DNA of 64,000 bases, taken from contig CAVVLX010000007.1 in the NCBI GenBank assembly GCA_963749195.1, positions 68,329-132,328 on the forward strand, written 5' to 3'. Below the pieces are notes generated by a model. That model did no database searches. It worked only from the letters and a program-made list of their open reading frames with translations, and had not been told where the DNA came from. Numbering within the stretch: the stretch's first letter is position 1; each line of letters starts with the position of its first letter. The stretch is from an uncultured Thermoplasmata archaeon (GTDB lineage Archaea > Thermoplasmatota > Thermoplasmata > Lutacidiplasmatales > UBA184). This document shows positions 18,683-27,072 of the stretch, piece by piece. The position numbers and the translations under genes are program-made.

Positions 18683-19194
18683 GCGTCGATTCGACCCGGT
18701 TCCGACGCGTGATGGCGCGATGGGCCACGGGGGTCAGCGTCGTCACAGCGCACGAGAATCGGCTCGACTTTGGGCTGACCGTGAACGCGTTCCTGTCCGT
18801 TTCGTTGCACCCTCCGTCCGTGCTGATCTCCCTCGGGACCGAAGCGGAAACGACCCCGGTGGTCGAGCGGACGCATCGATTCACGGTGAACGTACTATCC
18901 GAGCGGCAACGGGACGTGAGCGTTCGATTTGCCGGAACGGGTCCCTCGGAGGAGAAATTCCGAGCGTTGCCGATGCGCCGGGGACTGGGCGATGTTCCCC
19001 TCCTCGATGGTGCGGTCGCGGTCCTGGAATGTGCGGTGCGATCGACGTGGAAGGTGTCGGACCACCTCCTGTTCGTCGGCGAGGTCATCGAGCTGAGCGT
19101 CGGGCCGGACGAATCCCCGTTGGTCTACTATCAGAGTGATTACGCCAGCCTGGCCCCCGACGCCTCGCGAAGCCGTACGCATTCGGGCGGCTGA
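18679..19194 (+). CDS. Flavin reductase-like FMN-binding split-barrel protein
   Basis: The C-terminal part of track ORF 18019..19194 reads VSVDSTRFRRVMARWATGVSVVTA...GLTVNAFLSVSLHPPSVLISL...DHLLFVGEV, typical of HpaC/NADH:flavin reductases. The GTG start at 18679 overlaps the permease stop (GTGA). The alternative start is ATG 18712. Confidence 0.8.
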   Translation: MSVDSTRFRRVMARWATGVSVVTAHENRLDFGLTVNAFLSVSLHPPSVLISLGTEAETTPVVERTHRFTVNVLSERQRDVSVRFAGTGPSEEKFRALPMRRGLGDVPLLDGAVAVLECAVRSTWKVSDHLLFVGEVIELSVGPDESPLVYYQSDYASLAPDASRSRTHSGG

Positions 19195-19240
19195 GTCCCA
19201 CGCGCCCTGTTTTAACGACCCGCCGACCTAGGGAAGCATC

Positions 19241-20206
19241 ATGGGGGGCCCCGCGCGTTCCGTTCGAGTCGCGATCGTCGGGAGCGGGCCTGCCGGCCTC
19301 ACCGCGGCCCTCTACTGCGCTCGGGCGAATCTGAAACCACTCGTGATCGGCGGCGTGCCCGCCGGGGGTCAGTTGATGCTCACGACCGACGTGGAGAATT
19401 ATCCCGGATTCCCCGAAGGAATCCAGGGACCCGAATTGATCCAGCGATTCCGCGATCAGGCAAAGCGTTTTGGGACGGAATTCTTGGACGAGAACGTCTC
19501 GAAGGTCGATCTCCGTCATCGCCCGTTCTCGCTCCAAGTCGGCGCGGACGGCGTCGTCCACGCCGAGGCGGTGATCGTCGCGACCGGGGCGAATGCCCGC
19601 TGGCTCGAGCTACCTTCCGAACAACGATTGCGCGGCCACGGCGTGTCGGCCTGCGCCACGTGCGATGGGTTCTTCTTCAAGGGCAAAGCGCTCGCCTGTA
19701 TCGGCGGCGGAGACTCGGCGATGGAGGAAGCCACCTTTCTTACGAAGTTCGCCAGCCACGTGACGGTCATCCACCGACGCCACGAGCTTCGCGCCAGCCA
19801 GATCATGCAGGATCGGGCTCGGGCGAACCCGAAGATCTCCTTTCTTTTTGATTCCGAGGTCATCGAGGTGCTGGGCAAGGAGTCGGTCGAGGGCGTGCGC
19901 GTCCGTCACGTCGGGAACGGGAAGGAGTCCACGCTGCCGGTGGGCGGTCTCTTTTTGGCGATCGGCCATGTGCCCGCGACCGAAACGTTCCGGGGAGCGC
20001 TCGAGCTCGACGAGAAGGGATACATTCGAACGCATGATGTGACCCGCACGTCAGTACCCGGCGTCTTCGCCGCAGGCGATGTACACGACCATCGGTATCG
20101 CCAGGCCGTCAGCGCGGCGGGGTTGGGATGCATGGCCGCGCTCGATGTCGAGCATTATCTCGCCGAGCACGGTTTGGCGCCGCTACCTCCGGCCTCCCAC
20201 TCCTAA
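19241..20206 (+). CDS. trxB: Thioredoxin-disulfide reductase
   Basis: VAIVGSGPAGLTAALY (FAD site), redox-active CATCDG, GGGDSAMEEA (NADPH site), VFAAGDV. Confidence 0.93.
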   Translation: MGGPARSVRVAIVGSGPAGLTAALYCARANLKPLVIGGVPAGGQLMLTTDVENYPGFPEGIQGPELIQRFRDQAKRFGTEFLDENVSKVDLRHRPFSLQVGADGVVHAEAVIVATGANARWLELPSEQRLRGHGVSACATCDGFFFKGKALACIGGGDSAMEEATFLTKFASHVTVIHRRHELRASQIMQDRARANPKISFLFDSEVIEVLGKESVEGVRVRHVGNGKESTLPVGGLFLAIGHVPATETFRGALELDEKGYIRTHDVTRTSVPGVFAAGDVHDHRYRQAVSAAGLGCMAALDVEHYLAEHGLAPLPPASHS

Positions 20207-20276
20207 CGAGCATGCGCCCTCACCTTCATCAACAGCCTTTAATAGCGACCGGCCCGGTGCCACGCGAGGCCCGATC

Positions 20277-20468
20277 GTGCCGAACAAAAAGAGCCTCCAC
20301 ATCGAGTCGAGTGGGCAGCTCTGCATCTATTGCGGCGCCTGCGTGGGCGTCTGTCCGCTCAACTGCATCTACCTCGACGAAACGCGCATCACCTTCGACG
20401 AACGCATCTGTACGCGCTGTGAGATCTGCGTCAAAGCCTGCCCCGTCGGCGCCATCGAGATCGGGTAA
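20277..20468 (+). CDS. 2x[4Fe-4S] ferredoxin (63 aa)
   Basis: VPNKKSLHIESSGQLCIYCGACVGVCPLNCIYLDETRITFDERICTRCEICVKACPVGAIEIG, with two CxxCxxCxxxCP motifs. GTG start at 20277. A TATA-like element at 20237..20244 lies upstream. Confidence 0.8.
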   Translation: MPNKKSLHIESSGQLCIYCGACVGVCPLNCIYLDETRITFDERICTRCEICVKACPVGAIEIG

Positions 20469-20498
20469 GACTCCCGGCAACTGAAGCGAGGAACCACG

Positions 20499-21689
20499 AT
20501 GACCCCCGACCGGAAGACCGACGTACTCGTGATCGGGGCCGGCCCCGCGGGCAGCATGACCGCCAAATGGGCGGCAAAGAATGGCGCCAACGTCCTCCTG
20601 CTCGAAAAGCGCCAAGAGATCGGTTCTCCGGTCCGATGTGGCGAAGGCATGAGCAAAGAGTGGCTGACAGAGGTCGGCATCCGACCCGGCAAATGGATCA
20701 ACGTCGAGGTCGAGGGGGCCCGGATCTACGCGCCGAACGAGAAATGTTTCGAGATCAACGAAAAGCATGCCGGGAACGAGGTCGGCTACGTCGTCGAGCG
20801 CGATGGATTCGACAAGGCGCTGGCGATCGATGCGGCCAATGCGGGGGCGGAGATCCTGCTCAAGACCGCCGCGGTCGACGTGTTGAAGGATCATGGTCGC
20901 ATCGTGGGGGCGAAGGTCAAGCAAGCTGGGGAAACGTTCGAAATCCGGGCGCCGGTGACGATCGCCGCGGACGGCTTCGAATCCCAGGTCGGCCGCTGGG
21001 CGGGAATCCCGACCAATCTCGCGCTGCGCGACATGGACTCCTGCTTGCAGTACCGGATGACGAACGTCGACTGCGATACCCGGTATTGCGATTTCTACCT
21101 GGGGAAGGTGGCTCCCGGGGGATACGTTTGGATCTTCCCCAAGGATGACGGACTCGCGAACGTCGGTATCGGGGTCCAGTTGAGTCAAATCAAGTCGCCG
21201 GCGGACGCCAAGACCTATCTGGACCGATGGATCGACCATCACCCCGCTTACGCGAAGGGCAAGAAGATCGACGTAGTCGGTGGCGGGGTATCGATCTCGG
21301 CTCCGCTCAAACAAACGGTCGGCGACGGCATCATGATCGTCGGCGATGCCGCGCGCATGATCGACCCATTAACAGGCGGAGGGATCGCCAATGGATGCAT
21401 CGCCGGGAAAATCTGCGGCGAAGTCGCCGCCGAGGCCGCGCGACTGGAGACGCCAACTAAGGACTTCTTCCAGCGGTACGAGAAAGGGTGGCGGGCGCGG
21501 TTCGAGGAGAAGCTGTACCGGAACTGGCTCGCCAAGGAGAAGCTGGTGAGCCTGTCTGACGAGACGTTCAACAAGGTCATTGACGCGCTCCAAGGGGTTC
21601 GGCTCGAGAAGCTCAACGTGCACAACATTCTCAAAGCGGTTCACGACAAATACCCCGAAGTGACCAAGGAGTTCGAGGCGTTCCTGTAG
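20499..21689 (+). CDS. Digeranylgeranylglycerophospholipid (geranylgeranyl) reductase
   Basis: 396 aa. DVLVIGAGPAGS...EKRQEIGSPVRCGEG...AGNEVGYVVERD.FDK...IAADGFES..GRWAG...FYLG..APGGY.W.FPK...ANVGIG...GDAAR.IDP.TGGGIAN. Collinear with the Thermoplasma acidophilum GGR sequence as I remember it. Confidence 0.93.
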   Translation: MTPDRKTDVLVIGAGPAGSMTAKWAAKNGANVLLLEKRQEIGSPVRCGEGMSKEWLTEVGIRPGKWINVEVEGARIYAPNEKCFEINEKHAGNEVGYVVERDGFDKALAIDAANAGAEILLKTAAVDVLKDHGRIVGAKVKQAGETFEIRAPVTIAADGFESQVGRWAGIPTNLALRDMDSCLQYRMTNVDCDTRYCDFYLGKVAPGGYVWIFPKDDGLANVGIGVQLSQIKSPADAKTYLDRWIDHHPAYAKGKKIDVVGGGVSISAPLKQTVGDGIMIVGDAARMIDPLTGGGIANGCIAGKICGEVAAEAARLETPTKDFFQRYEKGWRARFEEKLYRNWLAKEKLVSLSDETFNKVIDALQGVRLEKLNVHNILKAVHDKYPEVTKEFEAFL

Positions 21690-21764
21690 GACGTCTCCGA
21701 GCGTTATGCCTGGCGCCCCGAACCGGCCCCGGAACCGGTAGCCGAGACCCCTCCGAAAGTCGTC

Positions 21765-22343
21765 GTGGCCGATACGCCCCAGCAGAAGGCTTTGCGGAGG
21801 CTCGCCCCGGCCCGCGTCGCTCTGCTCTTGGACCTTTGGAAAGGATCTCCCCCGGCCGATATCGTCACCCCCTTCGACAAAGCGGAGGCCGCCTACCTCG
21901 CCGGTGATTTCCCCGGCGCGGTGAATGCACTGGATCAGCTCGCGATCCGATTTGCCGAACCTCGTTGGCCCACCATGCCAGTGCCATTTCGCGATCTCCG
22001 CGTGACGATCCCGGCGCCGATGCCGCCGCAATGGGATCCGGAGTTCTCGCTCCCCCCCGAAGAACGGGAGCTGCGTCGTCGGCGTCGCTTCGCTGATAGT
22101 CAGCTCGCGCTGGCCGAAGGAGTCCTCGCGTGGGCTCTGACGAAGGCCGTCGACCTCGGCGATGTGGTCAGCCATGTGGCTCAGGCGAAGGAGCTCCTCG
22201 CCACCACGGGCGCCGATGAGGCGTTTTTCGGTCATCTCGACCTCGTCTGGACCGTCGTACGCGAGCGCGTGCCCCGGCCGAAATCGGCGCCGCCTCGTTC
22301 TCCCGTGGCTCGACCCTCCGCCGCGGAGCCGGAAGAGGCGTGA
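21765..22343 (+). CDS. Hypothetical helical protein (192 aa)
   Basis: ORF with protein-like composition and a TPR-like half-repeat (KAEAAYLAGDFPGAVNALDQL). Its stop overlaps the next GTG (GTGA). Confidence 0.5.
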   Translation: MADTPQQKALRRLAPARVALLLDLWKGSPPADIVTPFDKAEAAYLAGDFPGAVNALDQLAIRFAEPRWPTMPVPFRDLRVTIPAPMPPQWDPEFSLPPEERELRRRRRFADSQLALAEGVLAWALTKAVDLGDVVSHVAQAKELLATTGADEAFFGHLDLVWTVVRERVPRPKSAPPRSPVARPSAAEPEEA

Positions 22344-22825
22344 ACGCCGCCCGCGCCGAGCGCGCGGAGCTGGAAGGTTTTGCTGCCGGGCTCCGGTGGC
22401 AGCTCGACCGGCTCCGCCAAGAAGATCGAGCCTTTCTCGACGGAGAAAAACTCTGGTCGGACGCGGACCGAGAGTTGGAGAAGGGACATCTCGCGGAGGC
22501 GCGAAGTCAGTTCTTGCAGCTGGACCGATGGCTAACCGAGGCGCAGGTTCCGCAGGAATTGACCGATCGTCCTCGAGGATTGGTCGCGTATCGGGCCCGG
22601 GGGTCGATTGGGGTCCCACCGCCTCGCGAAGAGGAGCCCGTGGCGAATCGGCTGTTGTTGGCGCAACGCCTCTGGGTGGTTCGGAGAAGTCAAGGTTACT
22701 CCGTAGAGTCGTTGCTCCCACAGCTGCGCGAGGCGGAACAGGCCTACCAGTCCGGCGACCGACCCCGGACTCGGGAAATCGTCAACGAGGTGCTGAGCGC
22801 GCTCGAAGCCATGGACCAAGTCTGA
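22340..22825 (+). CDS. Hypothetical helical protein (161 aa)
   Basis: Coupled to the previous ORF. It contains the related motifs ELEKGHLAEARSQFLQLDRWL and EAEQAYQSGDRPRTREIVNEVLSAL. Confidence 0.5.
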   Translation: MNAARAERAELEGFAAGLRWQLDRLRQEDRAFLDGEKLWSDADRELEKGHLAEARSQFLQLDRWLTEAQVPQELTDRPRGLVAYRARGSIGVPPPREEEPVANRLLLAQRLWVVRRSQGYSVESLLPQLREAEQAYQSGDRPRTREIVNEVLSALEAMDQV

Positions 22826-22888
22826 CGTAGAGTCGAAACGTCACAGGCTCCCGAAGAGGCTTAATTCGTCCTCCACTGCCGTCCGTCG

Positions 22889-23896
22889 ATGCGATCGCGT
22901 GTCGCCCGCTTCGGAACCTTTTCGATCGTGGCCCACGATCCGGAACGAGGAGAGTGGGGAGTCGCCGTTCAATCGAAGTTCATCTCGGTGGGGGCGGTCG
23001 TGCCGTGGGCGCAAGCCGGCGTGGGCGCCGTGGCCACCCAGGCATATGCGAACGTCCGGTATGGACCGGACGGACTGGATCTCCTGCGTCAGGGCCGATC
23101 CGCGGAGGAAGTGGTCCGCAAGTTGACGAATGACGATGCGAAGCGGGAGCATCGTCAATTAGGGGTCGTCGATGCGCAAGGTAAAGCCGCGGCCTTTACC
23201 GGCAAGGAGTGCCTCGATTGGGCAGGTCACGTCGTCGGGAAGAATTTCACGTGCCAAGGCAACATTCTGTTCGCGAAGGAAGTCGTCCAGGGTATGGCCC
23301 GGTCCTTTGAGAGCACGCCCGGCGACCTGCCCGAGCGCCTGCTGGCCGCGCTCGCCGCCGGCCAACGAGCCGGGGGCGACCGACGAGGAATGCAATCGGC
23401 CGCGATGTTGATCGTCCGAAAGGGAGGGGGCTACGACGAGGGCAACGATCGATGGATCGACCTCCGCGTCGACGAACATCTGTCACCGATCGAGGAGCTC
23501 AAGCGGATCTTCAAAATCTACGACCTGGTCATGTTGAGCCGCGAGGATCCCAGCACGCTCGTTCGGATCGATGCGGACCTCGCGCGAACGCTCCAACAGC
23601 AATTGACGGTGCTCGGATACTATGCCGGTCGGGTCACGGCCACCTGGGACAGCGCGACCGCGGCGGCCTTCTCCAAATTTCTGAGCGAGCACAACTTTGA
23701 GAACAAAGCTCGCACGGACGGTACGGTGTGGCCTTCGATCCTCGAGTACCTACGGGAGCGCTCCCAAGCCGAGGTCGCCCGACGAACGACGACGCAGCCG
23801 ATTGTGACCGGGGCCCTCGACCGCGGCCCTGGTGCCGCCAAAGGAGGCGCCCCATCTCCGAGCCGGGCGCACGGAAAGAGCGCAGATCACAAGTGA
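22889..23896 (+). CDS. DUF1028-family (Ntn-hydrolase-like) protein with C-terminal peptidoglycan-binding-like domain
   Basis: The N-terminus GTFSIVAHDPERGEWGVAVQSKFISVGAVVPWAQAGVGAVATQA is typical of DUF1028. The C-terminus LQQQLTVLGYYAGRVTATWDSATAAAFSKFL resembles PG_binding_1. TATA-like CTTAATT at 22860..22866 lies 26 nt upstream of the ATG. Confidence 0.7.
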   Translation: MRSRVARFGTFSIVAHDPERGEWGVAVQSKFISVGAVVPWAQAGVGAVATQAYANVRYGPDGLDLLRQGRSAEEVVRKLTNDDAKREHRQLGVVDAQGKAAAFTGKECLDWAGHVVGKNFTCQGNILFAKEVVQGMARSFESTPGDLPERLLAALAAGQRAGGDRRGMQSAAMLIVRKGGGYDEGNDRWIDLRVDEHLSPIEELKRIFKIYDLVMLSREDPSTLVRIDADLARTLQQQLTVLGYYAGRVTATWDSATAAAFSKFLSEHNFENKARTDGTVWPSILEYLRERSQAEVARRTTTQPIVTGALDRGPGAAKGGAPSPSRAHGKSADHK

Positions 23897-24147
23897 TCGT
23901 GGTCCTGCGTCGCACCTATTCCACGGCGGCGATCGCCGAGCAGGTCCGACGGGCGGTCGCAGCGGACGATCCCTCCTACGTTCGCAGCTCCGTTCTCGGC
24001 GCCGTGCTCGAGTATCGTATCGAGGCGCCGCACGCGGCGAGCGCCCGCGCCACGCTGGACGACCTCCTAGCCTGTGTGAACGCCGCCGAGCACTCTCTAT
24101 CCCTCACGGAGTCGTCCCACCGCTCGACGCCGGAAATCGGCCGCTGA
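23893..24147 (+). CDS. KEOPS subunit Pcc1-like protein (84 aa)
   Basis: VIVVLRRTYSTAAIAEQVRRAVAADDPSYVRSSVLGAVLEYRIEAPHAASARATLDDLLACVNAAEHSL fits the Pcc1 pattern (A..v..a....rS.v....L...ieA.d..alRatl...L..i.aae). The GTG start overlaps the upstream stop. Confidence 0.5.
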   Translation: MIVVLRRTYSTAAIAEQVRRAVAADDPSYVRSSVLGAVLEYRIEAPHAASARATLDDLLACVNAAEHSLSLTESSHRSTPEIGR

Positions 24148-25939
24148 GGGCTCCCAGTAACGGCGGTAGAATGTCCTCCCATCTCCCGACGAGGCCCACG
24201 TCCACGTGAGCGAAAATCGGCGCCTTCGGATCTGAATTTACGGCGACCATGATTCGCGCGCGTCGCCATCCGACAAGGTGGTTTCCCGCCCCGCCCACTC
24301 CGGCGAATACGACGAGCTCAGGACCTAAGGATCGTCCCGTCAGTCCTACCTGCAACTGCCGGGGAACCCAGCCGGCGTCGACGACACGGCGGGTGGCCGC
24401 GAGTGCGAAGGGCGTTCCTTCGAGCCGCGCCCGGACGGTCTCAATTTGTTCGGGCCCGCCGAGTCCCATCCCGACACTCACGACCGCGCGCGCCGTTTCC
24501 AGATCTCCCCACCTCGGATCTCGCTCGACCCCCCGGTCGAGGAACTCAATCTCGCCATCTGGAAGACCCGCTTCGACTCGTTCCACGTCGAACGTACCGC
24601 CGGGCGTTGACTGGTCCGGCACGAACGATCCGGGACGCATCGTGACGAGGCTCGGCTGGGTTCGCGAGAAGATCTCTGCGATGATGCCTCCGCCGAACGC
24701 CGGTTTGAGCCACCGAAGCGATCCGTCCTCGCCGGCCTTCATGCCCACGGCATCACCGGTGAGTCCCAACCCCCGTTGGGCCGCCACCTGCCCGGCTACT
24801 TCGCGGCCGAAGGGATCCGCCGAGAAGACGGCTCCCGCGGCCTGAGGTCTCCGTTCCAGAAGTCGTCCGAATCCGGCGGCCGCTACTCGGGAAGCGACAA
24901 AGTCACTCGATACCGGAACGTGGAATCCCCGTTCGGCCCCCGACCTCTGCGCTTGGCGGCGGTCGAGGTCGTTCGGATTGGCGCCGATCCATACGGCGGA
25001 CGGCGCGAACTTTGGAAGGGCACGCCGGATCTCGGCCAAGAAGTGCAACGCGACGGGATCCGTGTGTCCGTCCGGCCCGCTCACGAGGACCAAGATCTCC
25101 TCCGCATTCTCGCCGCTAGAAGATCGGCCCGGGGTGAGGGGGGCCAACGTCGTCTCCGCTCGCAGCAGTCGTTCGACCACCTCGACCGCTCGATCGACGC
25201 GCTCCGCCGTCGTGCCGTTCGAGATGATCACAGGCGTTCGTGTCGGCTCTTCGTTCGTGAGCGTCACCACCACCGTCGGCGAGCCGGACAGCCCGATCGT
25301 CTCGGGATCGAGACCTACGTCCGCCGCGCTCAATCGTTCGACCGATTTGGAGCGGGAGGCCGCCATTTCGGCCTGGGAGGGTTTACGGATTTTCGTGATC
25401 TTCTCCGAAACGGAAATCACGAGGGGGGCTCGAGCCCGTAACCGGATCCACCCGCTGGGCGTATCGGTGGTAATGACCCAGCCGTCGGCTTGAGGCGCTC
25501 GCTCCAGTTTGCGTGCGCCGCCGACGAAGGTGACCCCGAGAAGTCCAGCCACTTCCGGTCCCACTTGACCGGTCTCTGAATCCGTCGTCCAAGTTCCCGT
25601 CAGCACCACGTCGTGACCCACTCGTGTCAGGACCTTCACGAGAGCCCGGGCTGTCACCAACGTGTCCGATCCGGCGAGTTGACGATCCGTGAGCAAGACC
25701 GCGCGGTCGGCGCCCAACGCGAGCGTTTCCTGGAGCGCGGCCTCGGCCGAGGGGGGCCCCATCGACACGACGGTCACGAGCTCGCCGGGTCGGCGCGCAT
25801 CGAGGGCGACGCGGACGGCTCGCTGATCAAAAGGATTGATGAACAGCTCGCTGCCCTCTCGGATCATCGTCTTCCGATCGGGGTCATACCGCATCTTTTC
25901 GACATCCGGGACGACTTTGATCAAGACGGCGAAATCCAT
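24104..25939 (-). CDS. Electron-transfer flavoprotein, fused beta-alpha subunits
   Basis: Track ORF trimmed to ATG 25939. The N-terminal half looks like EtfB (MDFAVLIKVVPDVEKMRYDPDRKTMIREGSELFINPFDQRAVRVAL). The C-terminal half looks like EtfA, including the FAD-binding tail (ELVVFAGVGGAGNHLVGWRRARIMVAVNSDPKAPIF). Confidence 0.88.
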   Translation of the reverse strand: MDFAVLIKVVPDVEKMRYDPDRKTMIREGSELFINPFDQRAVRVALDARRPGELVTVVSMGPPSAEAALQETLALGADRAVLLTDRQLAGSDTLVTARALVKVLTRVGHDVVLTGTWTTDSETGQVGPEVAGLLGVTFVGGARKLERAPQADGWVITTDTPSGWIRLRARAPLVISVSEKITKIRKPSQAEMAASRSKSVERLSAADVGLDPETIGLSGSPTVVVTLTNEEPTRTPVIISNGTTAERVDRAVEVVERLLRAETTLAPLTPGRSSSGENAEEILVLVSGPDGHTDPVALHFLAEIRRALPKFAPSAVWIGANPNDLDRRQAQRSGAERGFHVPVSSDFVASRVAAAGFGRLLERRPQAAGAVFSADPFGREVAGQVAAQRGLGLTGDAVGMKAGEDGSLRWLKPAFGGGIIAEIFSRTQPSLVTMRPGSFVPDQSTPGGTFDVERVEAGLPDGEIEFLDRGVERDPRWGDLETARAVVSVGMGLGGPEQIETVRARLEGTPFALAATRRVVDAGWVPRQLQVGLTGRSLGPELVVFAGVGGAGNHLVGWRRARIMVAVNSDPKAPIFAHVDVGLVGRWEDILPPLLGALSGRFPASSGGTTP

Positions 25940-26011
25940 CGATCTCACTCGAATCCGGAAACGCTCCACGACGATCGAATTGATAAGTAACTGCGACCGC
26001 TCCTATCCCCG

Positions 26012-27025
26012 ATGAACGGCCGCGGGGGTCCGTCGTCCACCCCCGGAAGGATTTCCCCGGCCCCAGGAATCTCGTCGTCCCCCGACGATCTGGCGCGCTA
26101 CGCGGGCTGCGTAGCCATCACCGTCTTCGTGATCGCGAGCCAGTACTTCCTTCCGCAATCGTTTCCGGTCCTCTATGCCCTGTACGGAAATCTACTCGGA
26201 GATTTCTTCGTCGTCTACGGGATCCCGGTCCTCGCGTTTGCAGTACTGATTGGCGGCCGACCTCTTCGAGGATGGGCATCGAACCTGGGGACCGCCACCC
26301 GGGAAGGGCTTCGATGGTTCGGGCTCACTTCGTTGTTGGCCCTGCTCCTCGCCATTGTCCTCGAAGTGGTCTACGCAGTCGTGGACCCCGCGGCGCTCCA
26401 GCTTCTCCAAAGGCCCAATCCCGAGCTCCAGCAAGCGGCGTCGAATCCGTGGTTCTACATCGGACTCTCGTTTGTAGTCGGCGTCTTCGAGGAAACGATC
26501 TTCCGGGGCTGGATCTTCGGCTACTGGCTCAAGCGGCCCAACGCCTCGTGGGTCGTCGCGGCGACCTGGACAAGCATTCTCTTCGCCGGGGTCCACCTCT
26601 ACTACGGTACCACCTACGGGCCGGCGTACCCGATCCTCTTCGTGCCGCTGTTCTTTCTCGGCTTCTCCTTCGCGGCGACCGTCAAGTTTTCTGGCGGTAA
26701 CCTGGTGGTCGTCGCTCTTCTGCACGGCGGATACGATGCGATCTCGTTCTATTACCTGATCAATCCGAACGTATCGGAGCTGCTCCACGTGCTCCTCATC
26801 GTCGTCGGCCTGGTGGTCGCGCTGGTGGTCTATCTGAGCTCTCGGACCCCGGCCCCGCCGTTCTCCTCGGAGCCGCCGCCATCGGGCGTCATCCCTCCGA
26901 CCGATCCGTACGCGTGGCGAACTTCGCCCGTACCACCCCCTCCTCCTCGGCCGCCCGGGTCGAACGACGTCCCCGGCCCCTCCGAACTACACCTCTCCGA
27001 TGATCGAGTGTGGTCCGGGCGTTGA
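26012..27025 (+). CDS. CPBP-family (CAAX/Abi) intramembrane metalloprotease
   Basis: Multi-TM protein with the CPBP motifs VFEETIFRGW, FAGVHLYY and LLHGGYD. It has a proline-rich C-terminal tail (PVPPPPPRPPG). Confidence 0.8.
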   Translation: MNGRGGPSSTPGRISPAPGISSSPDDLARYAGCVAITVFVIASQYFLPQSFPVLYALYGNLLGDFFVVYGIPVLAFAVLIGGRPLRGWASNLGTATREGLRWFGLTSLLALLLAIVLEVVYAVVDPAALQLLQRPNPELQQAASNPWFYIGLSFVVGVFEETIFRGWIFGYWLKRPNASWVVAATWTSILFAGVHLYYGTTYGPAYPILFVPLFFLGFSFAATVKFSGGNLVVVALLHGGYDAISFYYLINPNVSELLHVLLIVVGLVVALVVYLSSRTPAPPFSSEPPPSGVIPPTDPYAWRTSPVPPPPPRPPGSNDVPGPSELHLSDDRVWSGR

Positions 27026-27072
27026 ACGTCAGGGTTATGGAGCCGAACTAGCCATCCTCGATCAACGCGACT

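Noticed and set aside
21369-22721. 450-aa ORF on the - strand
   Set aside because: It overlaps the 3' end of the GGR gene and both coupled + strand hypothetical ORFs. The translation is extremely Arg/Gly/Pro-rich and low in complexity. The + strand ORFs have 4-nt coupling and more protein-like composition. Only comparative data can settle which strand codes across 21765..22721.
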